This document shows, in pieces, positions 59,838 through 64,000 of a stretch of DNA of 64,000 nucleotides; position 1 is the first letter of the stretch, and the number at the start of each line of letters is the position of its first letter. Position numbers and translations under genes: made by a program. The stretch is from Bdellovibrionota bacterium (GTDB taxonomy: Bacteria > Bdellovibrionota_C > UBA2361 > CAKMMH01), in contig JBMNLI010000017.1 of NCBI GenBank assembly GCA_050952645.1, forward strand, positions 70,164-134,163, written 5' to 3'. The notes below the pieces were generated by a model. That model was not told the DNA's origin, made no database searches, and worked only from the letters and a program-made list of their open reading frames with translations.

Positions 59838-60050
59838 TACTGCCTCGGCTTAAGGGTTATAGGCCAAGGTTATAGGTCAAGGTTATAAGCCAAGCTTATA
59901 AGTCTAAAAAGGCATATAAGCTATGTGTTTTGCGTGTTGTTTTTACGTATTGTTTTTACGTATTGTTTTTACGTATTGTTTTTACGTATTGGTTTTACGT
60001 ATTGGTTTTGTATATTGGTATTATATATTGGGTATTATATATTAGTATTT
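59838..60050. repeat. Two intergenic tandem repeat arrays (12-mer x4, then a 15/16-mer gtattgtttttacgtatt-type x about 8) between the kinase gene and typA
   Basis: The 12-mer array reads ggttataggccaaggttataggtcaaggttataagccaagcttataagtc. The second array reads (tgtttttacgtat)n, degenerating to ggtattatatatt. Confidence 0.8.
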
Positions 60051-60064
60051 TTTGAAAAAATTTT

Positions 60065-60130
60065 GCTCCTTCACGTTTTAGGTGGGTTAGGAAAATAGGC
60101 TTTTTTGTTAGCTTAAAACTTGAAGAACGA
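60065..60130. repeat. Miniature family A copy about 100 bp upstream of the typA start
   Basis: gctccttcacgttttaggtgggttag...gttagcttaaaacttgaagaacg. Confidence 0.55.
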
Positions 60131-60165
60131 AAATTTTTATTTAATTTAATTATTTTTATATTAAT

Positions 60166-61941
60166 ATGAGAAACGAAAAGATTAGAAATATAGCTATTAT
60201 TGCGCATGTCGACCATGGGAAAACGACATTAGTCGATGCGCTACTTAAGCAAGCAGGCGTTTTTAGAGATGGCGAAGAAACTAAAGACCGTCTATTAGAC
60301 AGCATGGCGTTAGAAAGAGAGCGTGGCATCACCATTACTGCTAAAAACTGTTCTTTAAATTGGAAAGGTAAAAAAATCAATATATTAGATACCCCAGGAC
60401 ATGCAGATTTTGGTGGGGAAGTGGAAAGAGCCTTATCTATGGTAGATGGTGCTATTTTGCTAGTAGATGCCGCTGAGGGACCTCTTCCGCAAACTAGGTT
60501 TGTAGTTCAAAAGGCGCTTGAACGTGGGCTTTCGATGATCGTTTGTATAAATAAAATTGATAGGCAAGATGCTAGGATAAAAGAGGTTTTAGATGAAATT
60601 TATAGTTTATTTATAGATTTAGGAGCTAGCGAGGAGCAAATAGAGTTTCCAGTGCTTTTTACCGTAGGACGAGATGGAACTGCGACTCAAGATTTAAGTG
60701 TCAAGGGCAAAGATTTATCGCCTCTTTTTGAAACTATTATAGAGTGTGTGCAAGCTCCTAGCTACGATGAAGGCAAGCATTTTCAAATGCTCGTAGCAAA
60801 CATTAGTTATTCAGAATTTTTAGGTCGTTTAGCCATTGGAAAGGTTGCACATGGAACGGCAAGAGCTGGCAATGAGTTAATTTTAATAGATGAGAATAAT
60901 AATAGAAATGCTTTAAAGGTAGTAAAGCTTCAATCGTATCAAGATATTAAAATAGTTGAGACTAAAGTTGCCGAGCCAGGGGATATTATTTTGCTTTCGG
61001 GTATAGATGAGGTGACTATTGGGGATACTATCTGTAGCTTAGAGGTTAAGGAAGCACTACCTAGAATTTACGTTGAGCCACCGACTGTGGCGATGTCTTT
61101 TTCTACTAATACTTCTCCATTTTCTGGGCGAGATGGAAAATTTATTCAGGCACAAAAAATTTACGAGCGTTTAGTAAGAGAGACTTTATACAATGTATCT
61201 ATTCAAGTAGAAAAAACTAATATGCCAGATACTTTTTTAGTAAAAGCTCGTGGAGAGTTGCAGCTAGTAGTTCTTATAGAAACGATGAGGCGAGAGGGCT
61301 ATGAACTTTCAGTTGGGCGACCAGTAGTATTATATAAATATGAGAATGAAAAAAAGCTTGAGCCTATAGAGCATGTAGTGGTAGATTGTGAAGATGAGTA
61401 TACGGGGGTAATCACTAGCAAGCTTTCTTCTAGGAAAGGTATTTTAGTAAATATGCATAATTATGGCAAGAGAACTAGGCTTGAGTTTTCGGTTCCATCT
61501 AGGTCTTTAATTGGGTTTAGAGATACTTTTTTAACTGACACTAAGGGAACTGGGCTTATGAGTTCTTATCTAGAGGGTTATGAGGAATATAGGGGGGATT
61601 CCGTTTCTAGGGAAAATGGCTCGTTAGTAGCGGACAGAGAGGGCATTGCGGTTGCTTATGCGATATTTCATTTAGAGCCTAGGGGAAAAATGTTTATAGT
61701 CCCAGGGGAGACTTTTTATAAAGGCATGGTTATAGGAGAGCGTGTCAAATCGGGCGACCTTGAGGTTAATCCGTCTAAGGCAAAAAAACTTACTAATTTA
61801 CGAGCTGCAGGAAAGGATGAGAATGTTATTTTAACGCCAGTGCAACCTATGACTATTGAAAAGGCTATCGATTTTATTACTAATGATGAGCTAGTAGAAA
61901 TTACCCCTAAAGCTATAAGAATTAGAAAGAAAGATTTATAA
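60166..61941 (+). CDS. typA: translational GTPase TypA/BipA
   Basis: The G domain motifs (AHVDHGKTT, DTPGH, NKID) and the EF-G-like domains II-V are present across 591 aa. Confidence 0.9.
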   Translation: MRNEKIRNIAIIAHVDHGKTTLVDALLKQAGVFRDGEETKDRLLDSMALERERGITITAKNCSLNWKGKKINILDTPGHADFGGEVERALSMVDGAILLVDAAEGPLPQTRFVVQKALERGLSMIVCINKIDRQDARIKEVLDEIYSLFIDLGASEEQIEFPVLFTVGRDGTATQDLSVKGKDLSPLFETIIECVQAPSYDEGKHFQMLVANISYSEFLGRLAIGKVAHGTARAGNELILIDENNNRNALKVVKLQSYQDIKIVETKVAEPGDIILLSGIDEVTIGDTICSLEVKEALPRIYVEPPTVAMSFSTNTSPFSGRDGKFIQAQKIYERLVRETLYNVSIQVEKTNMPDTFLVKARGELQLVVLIETMRREGYELSVGRPVVLYKYENEKKLEPIEHVVVDCEDEYTGVITSKLSSRKGILVNMHNYGKRTRLEFSVPSRSLIGFRDTFLTDTKGTGLMSSYLEGYEEYRGDSVSRENGSLVADREGIAVAYAIFHLEPRGKMFIVPGETFYKGMVIGERVKSGDLEVNPSKAKKLTNLRAAGKDENVILTPVQPMTIEKAIDFITNDELVEITPKAIRIRKKDL

Positions 61942-62100
61942 AAAATTAAAAAAAAATGACCTTTAGTGTTTTATAAAAACGATCAAAAAATGCGATAAAA
62001 AAATACAATAAAAAAAACGATAAAAAAATAATTGAAACACACACGCTTAAGGTCAGCCTCGTTTTAAGCGAACTAACCTTAAGCGTAAAGCGTTAAGTTT

Positions 62101-62135
62101 CAAGGGCAACTTTTAGCTTGCCCTGCTTGTTTCCT
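62101..62135 (+). terminator. putative intrinsic terminator downstream of typA
   Basis: A caagggcaa-cttttagc-ttgccctg hairpin is followed by cttgtttcc. A second 10-bp-stem hairpin lies at 62046-62088. Confidence 0.45.
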
Positions 62136-62171
62136 AATAGGACAAAAAGGAGCGTCAAGGAATATTAGGCG

Positions 62172-62564
62172 TCAAAGATAGCAAACTCTTGTAGTTGGAT
62201 CTAAATCCTCAATGTATAGCCCTTTGCTACCAGAAAATACCCCGATAACGGAATCATCGATACCTATCATCCTTACTTCCCCATCGATACCAAATTCGAG
62301 TCCGTAAATATTTCCATTCACAATAAAATCATAAAATTTGCGGCCATAGGTACAATACCATACTCCATATTGCTTTTGATAAATTCCTCCTCTTATTATA
62401 TTGAGTTTAGGAACAAGTCTAGGTGATTCCCAAAGGGGAAGAGTAATTAGGAAGTGATCCTTCGTTGCTTTTTCATCTCTTTTGCCATCGTGCGATTTGT
62501 AGCATTCTCCTTCGCTTGGGCTACTTATTTTAACAGGGAAGTATTTCTCGCACTCTACTACCAA
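62172..62564 (-). CDS. hypothetical protein
   Basis: Open reading frame only. Confidence 0.3.
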   Translation of the reverse strand: MVVECEKYFPVKISSPSEGECYKSHDGKRDEKATKDHFLITLPLWESPRLVPKLNIIRGGIYQKQYGVWYCTYGRKFYDFIVNGNIYGLEFGIDGEVRMIGIDDSVIGVFSGSKGLYIEDLDPTTRVCYL

Positions 62565-62919
62565 GCCACGTTTTATAAGTGTTCCAAGCCGGTAATTTAT
62601 ACCGTTAAAATTAACAATACCTTCAAGCCATCTGCACTATCTTAGCCTTTTTTACCTTTATTGTCAGATATTGTTATGTCCTTTCTATAACCTATTGTTA
62701 AACCTCTTCTTATGCGATGCTACGCACACCAAAGCACTTAAAAGGTCATTTAAGCCTTTTATCTTAATTAAACTACAATTTGCTTCTAATTTTTCTTATT
62801 TTTTATGAAAACTATAAAAGCAAAAAATTATTTAAAGTTTACATTAAGAACCCTATTAGTTTAAAAGATAAAGAATATTTAAGCAAATTATTTCTCCCTC
62901 TTTTAATTCTGCATCTTCT

Positions 62920-63249
62920 TTAATTCCGCATCTCATTTGTAAAATCGGTTCTGACTGAATTATATTTTTTATAAGCACTAATTAAAATCGAAAGAGATAC
63001 GGCAAGCTCACAAGTAGCTACTACCATAATAATAATACCTATTAAAGGACCCGAAACTTTATCAACGGTCGTTTCAAAACTAGGATTAAAACGCCAAAAC
63101 GCCATAAAATTTATTATCGCAGAATTTAAAATAAGCTCCACGCCTATCAAAATAGAAAATACATTATTACGACTAATAATAGAAAATATACCTAAACTAG
63201 CTAAAACACCCGACAAATATAAATAATAACTTAATGGTATTACATTCAT
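62920..63249 (-). CDS. nuoK: NADH-quinone oxidoreductase subunit K (start trimmed to MNVIPL)
   Basis: It is about 100 aa with 3 transmembrane helices, and NuoK/ND4L-like (LSGVLASLGIF..VELILNSAII..CELAVSLSI). It directly follows nuoJ. Confidence 0.65.
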   Translation of the reverse strand: MNVIPLSYYLYLSGVLASLGIFSIISRNNVFSILIGVELILNSAIINFMAFWRFNPSFETTVDKVSGPLIGIIIMVVATCELAVSLSILISAYKKYNSVRTDFTNEMRN

Positions 63250-63270
63250 ATAAACACCCCTCCCCACTTC

Positions 63271-63783
63271 CTACTTTTCTTCCTTAATCATTATCGATGC
63301 CCCAACTAAAGCAACTAAAATAAGCACGGCTGCTACCTCTAATGTTAAAAATTCATAAGATAAAAGAAACTCCCCTATACTACTTAAAATTTCATCAGAT
63401 TTCTTAATAACCCTATTTTCACCTACCCAAGTAGACTTTGAAATTATAGGTATAAAAAAAATAATAAAAAATACACAAACACTAATAAACGAACTTAACT
63501 TTAACCCTATAGATGTTTCACCTTTTAGAAATTTAGGAGATAATAATAATGCGGCAAATAATAGTAATATTAAAATAGCCCCTACGTATACTATAACTTG
63601 CATAATAGCTAAAAACTCCGAATATAACATCGCATAAAGCCCAGCAATGCCAAAAAATGTAGCAAATAAACTAAATAAAGCTACCTTTATATCCGATGCT
63701 AAAACTGAAATTAACGAAGATAAAATTATCGTAAAACTTAATATAAAAAAACATACGCTTTCTAGTGATAAAAAATCTACCAT
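63271..63783 (-). CDS. nuoJ: NADH-quinone oxidoreductase subunit J
   Basis: The NuoJ/ND6-like N-terminus (ALFSLFATFFGIAGLYAMLYSEFLAIMQVIVYVGAILILLLFA) is present. C7-8/T9 homopolymers lie immediately upstream (63792-63810). Confidence 0.65.
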   Translation of the reverse strand: MVDFLSLESVCFFILSFTIILSSLISVLASDIKVALFSLFATFFGIAGLYAMLYSEFLAIMQVIVYVGAILILLLFAALLLSPKFLKGETSIGLKLSSFISVCVFFIIFFIPIISKSTWVGENRVIKKSDEILSSIGEFLLSYEFLTLEVAAVLILVALVGASIMIKEEK

Positions 63784-64000
63784 ATCTCCCTTACCCCCCC
63801 TTTTTTTCCTTAGCAGATTGTCAAATTAAACTAGACAAACCCAAAAACACACCCCATAAATACCCCTAGCAGTGTTTTGTAATTTAACAATCTTTCTTTA
63901 TAATCTTCTCTAATAATCTTTCTTAGCAATCTTTTTTAATATCTTTTAAATATCTTTTTAAAGATTATCAATCGTTTTTATTCTTTTTTAATTTTTTGTT

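Overview
This is a very AT-rich bacterial window (most intergenic DNA looks below 25% GC, with a few islands near 50%) from a diderm organism. Core genes are present: thrS, rarA, pal, dxs, an IscU-like scaffold, rlmE, mlaEFDC, a prepilin peptidase, pcrA/uvrD, ispG, ligA, typA/bipA and nuoJ-nuoK. Several accessory and odd loci sit among them.

- Intron in a repeat: a complete group II intron of about 1.9 kb (46277..48169, minus strand) has an endonuclease-less RT/maturase ORF. It has split one copy of a roughly 150-bp palindromic MITE-like repeat (family A). Family A also occurs as a tandem triplet that supplies the thrS stop codon, and as copies at or near the 3' ends of rarA and pcrA, upstream of typA, and before an orphan gene.
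- Other repeats: a second MITE-like family of about 200 bp with terminal inverted repeats (two full copies and one solo end), a 70-bp repeat pair, and many AT-rich intergenic tandem repeats.
- Degraded mobile DNA: an IS3 OrfA helix-turn-helix fragment, an IS4/IS5-like transposase tail, and a GC-rich cluster of five hairpins next to that tail.
- Unusual proteins:
  - a HerA/VirD4-type P-loop ATPase fused to C-terminal leucine-rich repeats, convergent with a HelD-like helicase;
  - a 1674-aa protein with three GT4 glycosyltransferase modules plus a TPR array;
  - a GT39 (PMT/ArnT-like) membrane glycosyltransferase;
  - an 834-aa degenerate-kinase/HEAT membrane protein;
  - a Hanks-type receptor Ser/Thr kinase operon;
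  - a 1070-aa protein with about 480 residues of poly-Ser and about 20 CC-x(3-6)-Y cysteine modules, whose flanks look frameshifted at both ends.
- Small items: a G9 homopolymer just upstream of the ribosome-binding site of a GC-rich small gene (a candidate phase-variation switch); an XRE-family DNA-binding gene broken by a +1 frameshift in an A5 run; and a 34-aa hydrophobic peptide gene with a perfect Shine-Dalgarno sequence that is absent from the ORF track.

No CRISPR array, tRNA or rRNA was seen.
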